The translations under genes and the position numbers were made by a program. A DNA stretch of 64,000 nt from a virus (taxonomy: Duplodnaviria > Caudoviricetes): the IMG/VR virus record IMGVR_UViG_3300020360_000085, positions 1 through 64,000 of that record. One strand, given 5' to 3'. Below the pieces are notes generated by a model. That model was not told where the DNA came from and made no database searches. It saw only the letters and a list, made by a program, of their open reading frames with translations. Below are positions 1 through 7,991 of this stretch, piece after piece. Numbering within the stretch: position 1 is the stretch's first letter; each line of letters opens with the position of its first letter.

Positions 1-55
1 TTACCCGTCTAACACCTTAGCAGGGTGCCGCTTTCGACCACTCAGCCACCTCTCC
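1..55 (-). tRNA. tRNA-Ser(GCT), 5' part; runs off the window edge
   Basis: Reverse complement reads GGAGAGGTGGCTGAGTGGTCGAAAGCGG, then anticodon arm GCACC-CTGCTAA-GGTGT and the start of a long variable arm. Confidence 0.9.
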
Positions 56-57
56 AC

Positions 58-133
58 TGGTGGAGCCACGGGGACTCGAACCCCGGACCTTCTGGTTGCA
101 AACCAGACGTTCTCCCAACTGAACTATGGCCCC
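58..133 (-). tRNA. tRNA-Ala(TGC), CCA encoded
   Basis: Acceptor GGGGCCA/TGGCTCC, anticodon arm TCTGG-TTTGCAA-CCAGA, T-loop GTTCGAG, 3' ACCA. Confidence 0.95.
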
Positions 134-136
134 ATC

Positions 137-212
137 TGGAGCCACCGGTCAGACTCGAACTGACGACCTACTGATTACAAATCAGTTACTCTACCAACTG
201 AGTTACGGTGGC
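137..212 (-). tRNA. tRNA-Thr(TGT), CCA encoded
   Basis: Acceptor GCCACCG/CGGTGGC, anticodon arm ACTGA-TTTGTAA-TCAGT, T-loop GTTCGAG, 3' TCCA. Confidence 0.95.
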
Positions 213-234
213 AACGTTATATTTACTTTGGGGA

Positions 235-263
235 ATTATATATAGAATGTTTTATTGAGTCGA
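235..263 (-). promoter_or_regulatory. Putative sigma70-type promoter for the tRNA cluster
   Basis: TCGACT-N17-TATAAT on the minus strand just upstream of tRNA-Thr. Confidence 0.5.
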
Positions 264-434
264 CTATTTGTCTTGGAAGGGTTTTTTAGAAACAAACTCA
301 TTAAGGCGCTCTGCCTCTTTTAATACTTCTTCTGTCGTAGGCATGTCCTCAGGTGTTTTTGCTCTTGCTTGTAAAATTTCTTTGGCTTCTCTTACAAGAT
401 CCAGCCTAATTTCGTACGGTGTTTTGTTAGACAT
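264..434 (-). CDS. Small hypothetical phage protein (56 aa, MSNKTPYEIRLDLVREAKEIL...), not in the ORF track
   Basis: Translated by hand; GATAAATA box upstream at 464-471; more plausible than the antisense ORF 268..492. Confidence 0.75.
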   Translation of the reverse strand: MSNKTPYEIRLDLVREAKEILQARAKTPEDMPTTEEVLKEAERLNEFVSKKPFQDK

Positions 435-463
435 TATTTTCCTATCTATGTTATATATGCAAG

Positions 464-471
464 TATTTATC
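464..471 (-). promoter_or_regulatory. Late promoter box GATAAATA (T4 TATAAATA-like)
   Basis: The same 8-mer recurs upstream of genes at 1623, 6342(+), 10340, 17300, 20057, 20843, 33817, 34305, 34760, 35163, 40413, 44549, 59439 and 60723; exact TATAAATA at 63761. Confidence 0.8.
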
Positions 472-508
472 AGTGCTGAATATGAACATTAAAACTATGC
501 TTTGCTTT

Positions 509-775
509 TTATCCTAAATGATTTTTCTTTTTTAATTTAGTAACTTCTTTTTCTAAGTCTACTATTCTTTTTGCTAATAATGGATATTGTGCTAACCATT
601 TTTCTTCTCTACTAGCAATTTCAATATCATAACGTTTTGCTACCCATTCCATTAAATTATCTAGTCTAACCTGGAACCAAACTCCCATTTTAGTGTTTTT
701 AAACCATTGATAAAAACTACTACCAATAATACTAGATAAAATACTTTTAAGTGTTAAAATAAAAAGCCAATGCAT
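509..775 (-). CDS. Hypothetical protein with hydrophobic N-terminus
   Basis: 88-aa ORF with GGAG RBS, packed directly behind the lipase gene. Confidence 0.65.
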   Translation of the reverse strand: MHWLFILTLKSILSSIIGSSFYQWFKNTKMGVWFQVRLDNLMEWVAKRYDIEIASREEKWLAQYPLLAKRIVDLEKEVTKLKKKNHLG

Positions 776-783
776 TATTACTC

Positions 784-1587
784 CTATTTAGGTAATTGTT
801 CGCCGTTGTCGTCCATGTTTGCTATATATTCGTGATACGCACCCATATTATGATCTAGTATGCTATCAAAAAACTTTCCTTGTTTCCAGGCGGCAAATAG
901 TCCTCTCCATTTGTCTTTAGTTCTTTGCCATGAATTAGCAATTCTTATATTACCATAACTATTAATATATCTTAATACACCTCCGTGTCTAAAGAACAAC
1001 CATGATGGTGGAACACTTGGTACTATATCGTTATTGTTTCTATATCTATAATATGGAAAATTTACACTTTTTAAAAATTGTGCATTTCCTACTCTAGGCT
1101 GACCAAATGTATGGCAACCTCCACTAGGTTCTAATTCTACAGAAACCAGTAATGCCATTGCTCCGCCTAAACTATGTCCACATACCCAAACATCTTTAAC
1201 ACCTTTTTTGTTGTGTTTTGCTAATGCTTCTTTAATACCTGGAATAACTTTTTTATACTCTGCATAAAAACCTCTGTGTACTTTTCCGCCTTTATGATGA
1301 TCTACAGGCCAAGTTTTTAAATCTGCCATAACATCATTTAACTCTGTAGGCTCTGTACCTCTACATGCAATTAATACATCTTTACTATCGCTCATTACAT
1401 AAGCCTGAGCGCCTTCAACATCTATATATGTTGGTGGTAACGGTTTGTTTAAAAATTTTTTCAGTGGATCGAGACTTATAATACCTGGTCTCATTTTCAT
1501 TAATTCTTTTGGTTCGCTATAACACTGATGAGCGAACATGCTTAATAGTAATCCGCGTTCACGGTAATTCATTTCCTTTACTGACAT
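784..1587 (-). CDS. Class 3 lipase (alpha/beta hydrolase)
   Basis: IACRGT, VHRGF, nucleophile motif CGHSLGGA, TFGQPRVGN, D.VPSVPP, C-terminal DH; start moved to the ATG at 1587 behind GGGAG. Confidence 0.9.
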   Translation of the reverse strand: MSVKEMNYRERGLLLSMFAHQCYSEPKELMKMRPGIISLDPLKKFLNKPLPPTYIDVEGAQAYVMSDSKDVLIACRGTEPTELNDVMADLKTWPVDHHKGGKVHRGFYAEYKKVIPGIKEALAKHNKKGVKDVWVCGHSLGGAMALLVSVELEPSGGCHTFGQPRVGNAQFLKSVNFPYYRYRNNNDIVPSVPPSWLFFRHGGVLRYINSYGNIRIANSWQRTKDKWRGLFAAWKQGKFFDSILDHNMGAYHEYIANMDDNGEQLPK

Positions 1588-1635
1588 TATTACTCCCATA
1601 ATATAAATTTATATTATAGTAGTATTTATCTAATT

Positions 1636-2262
1636 TTAGGAATATCTAATTGTGAGACCTAGTTTTTCTTGACAGTACATTCTGCTAGTAGCATGTATTT
1701 TTTTAGAATCAAATTGTATTCCGTTCCCAGGAACAAATTCATAAGGTGTGCCCGTTAAACCAAACCAGTATTTCCTAGGCCAATGATTTAAATAATCATA
1801 CAATTTTTCTGGTAGTTCTTCCTCTGTAAGATTACATATACCGTCCCCAAAGTCGTAGGGCCTGCATTTTACAGATTTATTTACTTTAAATTCGTGGTTG
1901 TCTTTAAATGTCCATGTTTTACCATCATTATTATACCATTGATCAAATACAATTAAAAAAGGATTTGGTCCTCCAGTAACCTGTAAAGGCAATACAAGGT
2001 TTTCTTTTTCTTTATAATGAAAGTCTGTGTGAGGATAGTATGGTGTTTTGTGGCAATAATAGTGGCATACTTCAATTTTATCTACATCAATATGTTCTGA
2101 CTCTTCTAAAACTTCTAGGGTAGATTTTAAATTTTTACTACCTGTAACTTTTTTCATGGCTTTAGTTTTATAATCTCCTGCATTATTATAAATTTCTATT
2201 AGCCTTGTTAATTGTTCTGTGGTAAGAATATCTTTTATATATTTGTCTTTTAATAAACTCAT
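1636..2262 (-). CDS. Putative 2OG-Fe(II) oxygenase-like protein
   Basis: HxD (YYPHTD) and distal H (FDSKKIHAT) typical of the facial triad in the double-stranded beta-helix fold. Confidence 0.55.
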   Translation of the reverse strand: MSLLKDKYIKDILTTEQLTRLIEIYNNAGDYKTKAMKKVTGSKNLKSTLEVLEESEHIDVDKIEVCHYYCHKTPYYPHTDFHYKEKENLVLPLQVTGGPNPFLIVFDQWYNNDGKTWTFKDNHEFKVNKSVKCRPYDFGDGICNLTEEELPEKLYDYLNHWPRKYWFGLTGTPYEFVPGNGIQFDSKKIHATSRMYCQEKLGLTIRYS

Positions 2263-2441
2263 ACTATATGATTCTCTCTGCATTTTTCTGCTGTATAAAC
2301 TTTTCCTGTTTTTCTGCCATAGTATGCTTCTTTGCTAATGCCTTTTGTTCCTCCTTCACCATTTATTATAGTAAACATCATTTGACATATACCTATAAGT
2401 ACAGGTATCATTATTGCAACTATTATAACTCCATCAATCAT
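2259..2441 (-). CDS. Small single-pass membrane protein (60 aa)
   Basis: GGAG RBS, hydrophobic N-terminal helix, coupled to neighbouring genes. Confidence 0.6.
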   Translation of the reverse strand: MIDGVIIVAIMIPVLIGICQMMFTIINGEGGTKGISKEAYYGRKTGKVYTAEKCRENHIV

Positions 2442-3027
2442 TTTTTCTCCTAAAAGATGTATCTCCGTCTGCATATTTATGATTTACTTCACTATGATGC
2501 ATTTCGTCTGCTCTTACTTTAACTATTAGATCAGATAACTTTGCAGTTTTTTTCATTTTGTAATATTTAATTGCTAGTTCTGGAGCAGGTACATTTTCTA
2601 CTTCTCCATTTTTTACCATAGCCAAATATTCTGTGTAACTTTTGACTGCTTCTTCTTCAAAATATCCTATCATTCTGTGTGCTGTTTTAAAATCTATTGC
2701 ATACAATATAGCATAAAAAATCATAAAAATAAATTGTGCTAATAATACTAGTAATCTTTCAAATATGTTTGGTTGTGCTATTTCTATAAAAAACATAAGA
2801 TGCATTCTTTCGTTTTCTGCTTCTGCTAACATTTCTCTTATGTCAGGTCCATAACCAGTTTTCATTTTGCGTAAACTTTTAAAATGCAACATCATACCTG
2901 CTACCATTCCAGGTACACCTGCTACTGTTTCTAATACAACTGCTCTGTGCCCATATCTTTTAGCAAAAAAAGTATCAGCCATAAATCGGAAGAACTTTGT
3001 CATACTCATTGCAAAAAAATTTCTCAT
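2434..3027 (-). CDS. aox: Alternative oxidase (ubiquinol oxidase, di-iron carboxylate)
   Basis: HRAVVLETVAGVPGMV, EAENERMHL, HRMIGYFEEEA.KSYT and RADEMHH: all four iron-binding motifs in AOX rather than PTOX form. Confidence 0.95.
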   Translation of the reverse strand: MRNFFAMSMTKFFRFMADTFFAKRYGHRAVVLETVAGVPGMVAGMMLHFKSLRKMKTGYGPDIREMLAEAENERMHLMFFIEIAQPNIFERLLVLLAQFIFMIFYAILYAIDFKTAHRMIGYFEEEAVKSYTEYLAMVKNGEVENVPAPELAIKYYKMKKTAKLSDLIVKVRADEMHHSEVNHKYADGDTSFRRKND

Positions 3028-3034
3028 AATATCC

Positions 3035-3364
3035 TCAGTCTATTTGAACTACTTTAATGGCATCTTCTATACTGTAGGGAGATTCATGTGCCATAGATTC
3101 CTTTTGTTCAGTAATATTATTTTCTCTATACATTTCAGCACCTTTTTCATTTATTTCTATAAAAGGTATTTGCTCTGCAGGTAATTCATCATCTGCCCAT
3201 ATAGCCTGTACAGGGCATTCAGGCTCGCATAAAGCACAATCTATACACTCATCAGGATCTATGTAAAGCATATCAGGTCCTTCATAAAAACAGTCTACAG
3301 GACACACTTTAACACATGCTGTATCTTTACAGCCTACACAAGGACTTCCTACTACAAATGCCAT
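3035..3364 (-). CDS. fdxA: 7Fe ferredoxin (FdxA / FdI type)
   Basis: [21 protein letters not shown]...[19 protein letters not shown] pattern with acidic C-terminal extension. Confidence 0.93.
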   Translation of the reverse strand: MAFVVGSPCVGCKDTACVKVCPVDCFYEGPDMLYIDPDECIDCALCEPECPVQAIWADDELPAEQIPFIEINEKGAEMYRENNITEQKESMAHESPYSIEDAIKVVQID

Positions 3365-3369
3365 AACAC

Positions 3370-3402
3370 TATTTATTATACTATTTTAAGATGTATTGTC
3401 AA
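3370..3402 (-). promoter_or_regulatory. Overlapping sigma70 promoter (TTGACA-N16-TATAAT) and late box (ATAAATA) ahead of fdxA-aox
   Basis: TTGACA at 3402-3397, TATAAT at 3380-3375, ATAAATA at 3376-3370, ATG at 3364. Confidence 0.75.
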
Positions 3403-3557
3403 ACTAGAACAGAAGCAATAAACAATAAAAATGCTACTGTTCCTAAAAATATTAATGCTACAAGAAATGCGAATAGAATAATTCGCAAGGGGGAAATTTT
3501 AAATTGGCCGCCACGTTTGCCTACACCTATAACGGCCTTTACTGCTTCTTTAATCAA
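3399..3557 (-). CDS. Small membrane protein (52 aa, TTG start), DUF2970-like; not in the ORF track
   Basis: Hand translation LIKEAVKAVIGVGKRGGQFKISPLRIILFAFLVALIFLGTVAFLLFIASVLV; fills the gap exactly and overlaps the upstream stop; family call from remembered pattern only. Confidence 0.55.
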   Translation of the reverse strand: MIKEAVKAVIGVGKRGGQFKISPLRIILFAFLVALIFLGTVAFLLFIASVLV

Positions 3558-3741
3558 AGATCATCATGTTTAAACCCATCACAGCCAACATCATAAAAAA
3601 TACAACAATCTGTATAACTGCTGGTACTACAACAAATAATTTCATTGCGTCAAATTTACCTGTCATAAAGTAGTCGCCGCCATTCTGCCATTTGTGAATG
3701 TCTTCAGGTGTTGCTTCTTTATACAGTTTAACTTCTTTCAT
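3550..3741 (-). CDS. Small membrane protein (63 aa)
   Basis: C-terminal hydrophobic helix; TAATG coupling to pseudoazurin. Confidence 0.65.
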   Translation of the reverse strand: MKEVKLYKEATPEDIHKWQNGGDYFMTGKFDAMKLFVVVPAVIQIVVFFMMLAVMGLNMMIFD

Positions 3742-4178
3742 TACATATCAGATAGATATTTGTCTAGTCTACCTTGATTCATTACAAATGCTTTTTTATA
3801 AGATTGGCTTTTTTGCTTAATGTCATCTATGTTGTTTGATGAACCAACTTTTATAACACCAATCATTGCCATCATTTTATGAGGAGTACATTCATATACA
3901 TATACCCCTTCCTTATCAAATGTAACAGATATATCTTGACTCATTCTGCCCATCCAAGGTTTTGCTCCTGCTGGAATCATTCCTGGTACAGATGCAGAAT
4001 TGTGTGCCATATCTGTTGCTTCAAATTTAACTGTGTCTCCTATATTAACAGAAACAACAGCAGGTTCGAATACCATCATGCCATCTTTTCCAGAGTTAAG
4101 CATTTTTACTATGTGCTCTTCTGCTACTGCAGGAATCGTTAATAATAATAAAGTTAATAAAGTTGTTAATTTTTTCAT
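3741..4178 (-). CDS. Pseudoazurin (blue copper cupredoxin) with signal peptide
   Basis: Signal peptide ending IPAVA; MVFEP...GDTVKF, HN ligand and YxCTPHxxMxM copper site. Confidence 0.92.
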   Translation of the reverse strand: MKKLTTLLTLLLLTIPAVAEEHIVKMLNSGKDGMMVFEPAVVSVNIGDTVKFEATDMAHNSASVPGMIPAGAKPWMGRMSQDISVTFDKEGVYVYECTPHKMMAMIGVIKVGSSNNIDDIKQKSQSYKKAFVMNQGRLDKYLSDM

Positions 4179-4187
4179 AATATTTCC

Positions 4188-4283
4188 TTAAAATAATAGT
4201 GTGTAAAGTGTAGATAATACCAACACCGCAGGAATCTCCCACGGTATTAATATTATACCTAATAGTATTAGTCTCTTGGACAT
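4188..4283 (-). CDS. Putative 31-aa hydrophobic peptide; not in the ORF track
   Basis: Hand translation MSKRLILLGIILIPWEIPAVLVLSTLYTLLF; fills the gap between the EF-hand gene and the pseudoazurin RBS. Confidence 0.4.
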   Translation of the reverse strand: MSKRLILLGIILIPWEIPAVLVLSTLYTLLF

Positions 4284-4519
4284 TTACTTTTAACCATGTA
4301 ATTAGAGGCATTTCTCAATTCTTTTTTAGATAGTTTGCCATCTTTGTTTTTATCTGCATATTTAAAAAGTCCTTTTTTAACTGTACATCCTTTTGCTTTG
4401 AGTTCAGATACTACTACAAATCCGTCGCTGTTAGCATCGAATTTTCTCATTCTCCAATCATCTGCAAATGCATCAGTAACAAACAAACCTAATAAAGCGA
4501 ATGTAAATAACTGTTTCAT
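4268..4519 (-). CDS. Secreted EF-hand calcium-binding protein
   Basis: Signal peptide (AFA site); two EF loops DANSDGFVVVSE and DKNKDGKLSKKE; AGGAG RBS. Confidence 0.85.
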   Translation of the reverse strand: MKQLFTFALLGLFVTDAFADDWRMRKFDANSDGFVVVSELKAKGCTVKKGLFKYADKNKDGKLSKKELRNASNYMVKSKCPRD

Positions 4520-4540
4520 TTTATTACTCCTTAATAAAAA

Positions 4541-4987
4541 TTACTTGCTAGGAAATCCTGACTGTACAAATTCACCTATAGTCTTAATATCATCCTCAGA
4601 TAACATAGATGCCTGCCCCCACATCAAGGCACTCTGTGGTCCAACGTCTCCACCGTTCCTATATATGGTTAATTTATCTATGATATAATCAGATGTTTGT
4701 CCTGCCAAGGCTGGACCTACTCCACCACCGCCATTGTTACCATGACATGCGGCACAACCGGCCCATAAACTTCTAATATTGCTAAAAGGGTCACCTTCTG
4801 CTAATGCACGTTTCCTTTGTTCTATCTCTGCTGGTGTTCCATATAATTTTACATATTCTACATAACACTCGCCTGTACAAGAACTTATACTTTGCCCGCC
4901 TGTGTATTCTAAATCAGGATAAATTACAAATGCAAAAAAGCCTAATATACATGATGCTCCTAATAGAGCCATACCTAATTCTTTCAT
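4541..4987 (-). CDS. Membrane-anchored class I cytochrome c (c553/c4-like)
   Basis: N-terminal hydrophobic helix, heme motif CAACH, GPALAGQ, distal Met in SALMWG. Confidence 0.92.
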   Translation of the reverse strand: MKELGMALLGASCILGFFAFVIYPDLEYTGGQSISSCTGECYVEYVKLYGTPAEIEQRKRALAEGDPFSNIRSLWAGCAACHGNNGGGGVGPALAGQTSDYIIDKLTIYRNGGDVGPQSALMWGQASMLSEDDIKTIGEFVQSGFPSK

Positions 4988-5109
4988 ACTGATGGACTCA
5001 CTGCAAATATAGACACGATAAACAGACTTACTAAAACTGTAAGTTCTAAGTTATCTCTAACGTCCTGGAAAGTTGTTTTTTGAAATTGTTTTTTTATGTA
5101 CTCTGTCAT
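4984..5109 (-). CDS. 41-aa membrane peptide coupled to cytochrome c; not in the ORF track
   Basis: MTEYIKKQFQKTTFQDVRDNLELTVLVSLFIVSIFAVSPSV; ATGA overlap with the cytochrome c start. Confidence 0.55.
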   Translation of the reverse strand: MTEYIKKQFQKTTFQDVRDNLELTVLVSLFIVSIFAVSPSV

Positions 5110-5289
5110 TTTTTTCTCTAGTGTTTACCCACACCTAAAACAACAAAGTTTTAATATTGTAGTGATGGCTACAACAAAAATAGTTATAAATGTAGGAGGT
5201 CGATATAACTAATAATTATATTAGTTTATAAAGGGTATTTATTATAGTATGTTAAAATAATATAGAAAATAGGGCAGTTTTGAATGATT

Positions 5290-6306
5290 TTAAATTTCTA
5301 TTATAAAATCTTCTATTATATCTGGATTAACTTCTTGAATTTTATTAAGAATTTTACTATGCAAATTGTTTAATTCTTCTTTGTTGCCTTTGTAGGTAAG
5401 TCTGGCATTGGAAAAAGTATTCATTCTTATTGTCTGATCTCTATACCTATCGTTAAATTCGTCAATGTTGCCAGTGATACTTGCTAAATGAGCCTTTAAG
5501 GTTTCAAAGCCTGTACATGCTTTTAATCTAAAAGACAATTTATACTGATCTTCCAATAATTCATTGTAGTAGTACTCTTTATATCTATAAACTTCTGTAT
5601 TATGTGCTAATCCTAATACAACTTTATATTTTTCAATTATATTAATATTATGAAGTATAGACAGATAATAAATTTCTGGTGTTAATAAGAGAACATTTTT
5701 TACAATATTTTTGCCTGTAAGATGTGCTACATTAAAATAAGGTACAGAATAATTTCCTATAAATTGCTTTGTTAATAATAAGTTATCTTCAAAAATACCA
5801 GCATTTTTTCCAAACGTATTATTTTCTAAATCATATTCAAGTTTAGATATATCTCCGCCTAAAAGCAAATTTTTATCAGATAAATTTTCTAAAAAATCAC
5901 AATGCAAAGCAATTTGTGGACTAAAACACTGATATTTTTTAGCAGTATTACCAAACTTTCCAGAATCGAAAAAATATTTGGCATCTATTTCTGTTGTATC
6001 TAATTCAACATTATATTTTTTGCATAAACGTTGTGCAGACATAAAGTCGTTTGCATTAACAACATCATCTTTCCATAACATACTGTAAGTAACACATTTA
6101 AAATCAATATTAAATTGCTTTAACAACAAAAATACAAATTGACTATCATAACCTCCACTTAGGCAAAGTGTGTAATCCTTATACTTTTGGAATTCTTCCT
6201 CTAATAATTGCTTCAAATTACCAGTATCTTGAGGTTTTTTATAAGATAAATTAATCAGCATAGGACTGACATCTGTTGCTGGTTTAATATTTAAAGCAGT
6301 ACTCAT
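5290..6306 (-). CDS. PP-loop (N-type ATP pyrophosphatase, asparagine-synthase-like) protein
   Basis: LCLSGGYDS motif near the N-terminus. Confidence 0.6.
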   Translation of the reverse strand: MSTALNIKPATDVSPMLINLSYKKPQDTGNLKQLLEEEFQKYKDYTLCLSGGYDSQFVFLLLKQFNIDFKCVTYSMLWKDDVVNANDFMSAQRLCKKYNVELDTTEIDAKYFFDSGKFGNTAKKYQCFSPQIALHCDFLENLSDKNLLLGGDISKLEYDLENNTFGKNAGIFEDNLLLTKQFIGNYSVPYFNVAHLTGKNIVKNVLLLTPEIYYLSILHNINIIEKYKVVLGLAHNTEVYRYKEYYYNELLEDQYKLSFRLKACTGFETLKAHLASITGNIDEFNDRYRDQTIRMNTFSNARLTYKGNKEELNNLHSKILNKIQEVNPDIIEDFIIEI

Positions 6307-6341
6307 AAATTCCTAATATGTTTTATTTATTTGTTGAATAT

Positions 6342-6349
6342 GATAAATA
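6342..6349 (+). promoter_or_regulatory. Late promoter box for the S8 peptidase; divergent ATAAATA on the minus strand near 6324-6330
   Basis: GATAAATA on plus; back-to-back arrangement in an 86-bp intergenic gap. Confidence 0.7.
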
Positions 6350-6392
6350 CTTATATAAAATTAAGTTACGATTTTAAATTACTGGAGTCAAA

Positions 6393-7991
6393 ATGGCAAA
6401 TTATATAGTAGAAATGGATTCTGGTGTACATGCTGATGCTAGTGCGGCCTCTTCGGCCATTACATCTGCAGGTGCATCTATAACGACTACATTCTCATTA
6501 AGCATGACATATTTAATAGATGCTACTGCTGACCAATTAGCCGCAATTAGTGGTGTTAAATATTCAGCAGATGCAGACGCAGATTCAGGTGTTGGCTTAC
6601 AATCTTTAAGTACACATCACTTTAGATACTTAGATAACAGATTCGGTATTAGTAGTGACCCTGCATCGAATTCAGATGTATTACGTTATGAATTTGGAGA
6701 TTGGGAACCTAAGTATTCAGCAAATGGCAAAACAATATATCTAGTTGATTCAGGTATTAATGCTTCGCATACAGAATTTGCAAATGCAACAATAACAAAC
6801 TTACATTCAGCATATGGTTCAGATTATGCTGACTCTACTGGCCATGGTACTTCAATGGCAGGACTAATGGTAGGTAGAAATATTGGTGTAGCCAGACAGG
6901 CAACAGTTAAAAACGTAAAATTATTCAATGAAGCATCAGGTAACGTTACACTAGGTAATGTTATTAATGCCTTAGATGCCGTATTGGCAGATCACAATTC
7001 AGGAAATGTAGCAGACGTTAAAGTAATGTGTGCGCCATGGACAACAGCACAAAACAATCTTATTGACTCCAAGATTGGCGAACTTAATTCAGCAAATATT
7101 GTTGTAGTGGCGGCCGCAGGTAACCAAAATGATAATGTAGCAAACTATTCACCAGCAGGTGTAGATGCTATTATTACTGTTGGTGCTCATGATAACGACA
7201 GAATGATTGCTTCATTTACTAATACTCCATGGGACGGCGGAAATGCCACAGTAGCACATCCAAATTATGGTGCTCAAGTTGATATATTTTCAATTGGTGT
7301 AGACGTAACAACATGTAGCCATATATCTTCAGTTGTATATGGACAAGCAACAGGCACAAGTATTCCAACTGCTCTAGTGGCAGGTGGTGCCGCCGCATAC
7401 GTGGAAAAGCATCCTTCAGAAAATAGTGATAAAATTAAGGAAATACTTATTTCAGAAGGTAGTATTAAAGGTAAATTTATGTTGGGATTAGAAACAACAG
7501 GCACAAGTGCTCAATTATCACAAGTAAACCAATCACTTTTAATGCTTGACTCAGGTGGTAGTGATGAAACAATAGAATTATCTAATACTTTCCCTTCAGG
7601 TAAAATATTAAATGTACAAAAAGGTCAAACAGCAAATATAGACTTAGATATTAACAGCAATTTATCTAATGTTGCTATTGTTATGTTTAGTCCATTACCC
7701 CCATTTGCAACTTTTAGTAATGCTACTAATGTTGTAAGTGTTGATGTTACTTCTATAGATGCTAATTTATCTCCTGCAAACTATGTATTCGGTGTAAGAG
7801 GTACAACACCTCAAGGCTTTATGGTTATGGAAGAATACACTATTGGTATTTACGACTCTGCAGAAAGTGAGTTAGATAGTGCTAGTAGTTATTACTATGA
7901 CGAAGACAACACAGAATATGACTTGGCAGAATCTGTAGACTTTATATCAAGTTTTGGAAGAAACCAACAAGGTGTTACAAACATTAAGTAA
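6393..7991 (+). CDS. Subtilisin-like serine peptidase (S8) with N-terminal prodomain and C-terminal extension
   Basis: Catalytic D (LVDSG), H (GHGT), S (TGTS) and oxyanion N (AAAGN); GGAG RBS. Confidence 0.92.
   Translation: MANYIVEMDSGVHADASAASSAITSAGASITTTFSLSMTYLIDATADQLAAISGVKYSADADADSGVGLQSLSTHHFRYLDNRFGISSDPASNSDVLRYEFGDWEPKYSANGKTIYLVDSGINASHTEFANATITNLHSAYGSDYADSTGHGTSMAGLMVGRNIGVARQATVKNVKLFNEASGNVTLGNVINALDAVLADHNSGNVADVKVMCAPWTTAQNNLIDSKIGELNSANIVVVAAAGNQNDNVANYSPAGVDAIITVGAHDNDRMIASFTNTPWDGGNATVAHPNYGAQVDIFSIGVDVTTCSHISSVVYGQATGTSIPTALVAGGAAAYVEKHPSENSDKIKEILISEGSIKGKFMLGLETTGTSAQLSQVNQSLLMLDSGGSDETIELSNTFPSGKILNVQKGQTANIDLDINSNLSNVAIVMFSPLPPFATFSNATNVVSVDVTSIDANLSPANYVFGVRGTTPQGFMVMEEYTIGIYDSAESELDSASSYYYDEDNTEYDLAESVDFISSFGRNQQGVTNIK

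Noticed and set aside
268-492. Plus-strand ORF and the many other short plus-strand ORFs in the track (e.g. 2867..3184, 25647..25907, 32135..32761, 37242..37646)
   Set aside because: They are antisense shadows of well-supported minus-strand genes, with no RBS or recognisable motifs
2434-3027. PTOX as in cyanophages
   Set aside because: The motifs and spacing match AOX (LETVAGVPGMV, ENERMHL), and the window has no photosynthesis genes
4096-4311. 71-aa minus-strand ORF
   Set aside because: It overlaps both the EF-hand and pseudoazurin genes in another frame; the 31-aa hydrophobic ORF fits the gap better
5290-6306. Lasso-peptide cyclase or QueC assignment
   Set aside because: Only the SGGxDS motif is shared; no precursor peptide, adjacent B protein or QueC zinc-binding Cys cluster was seen
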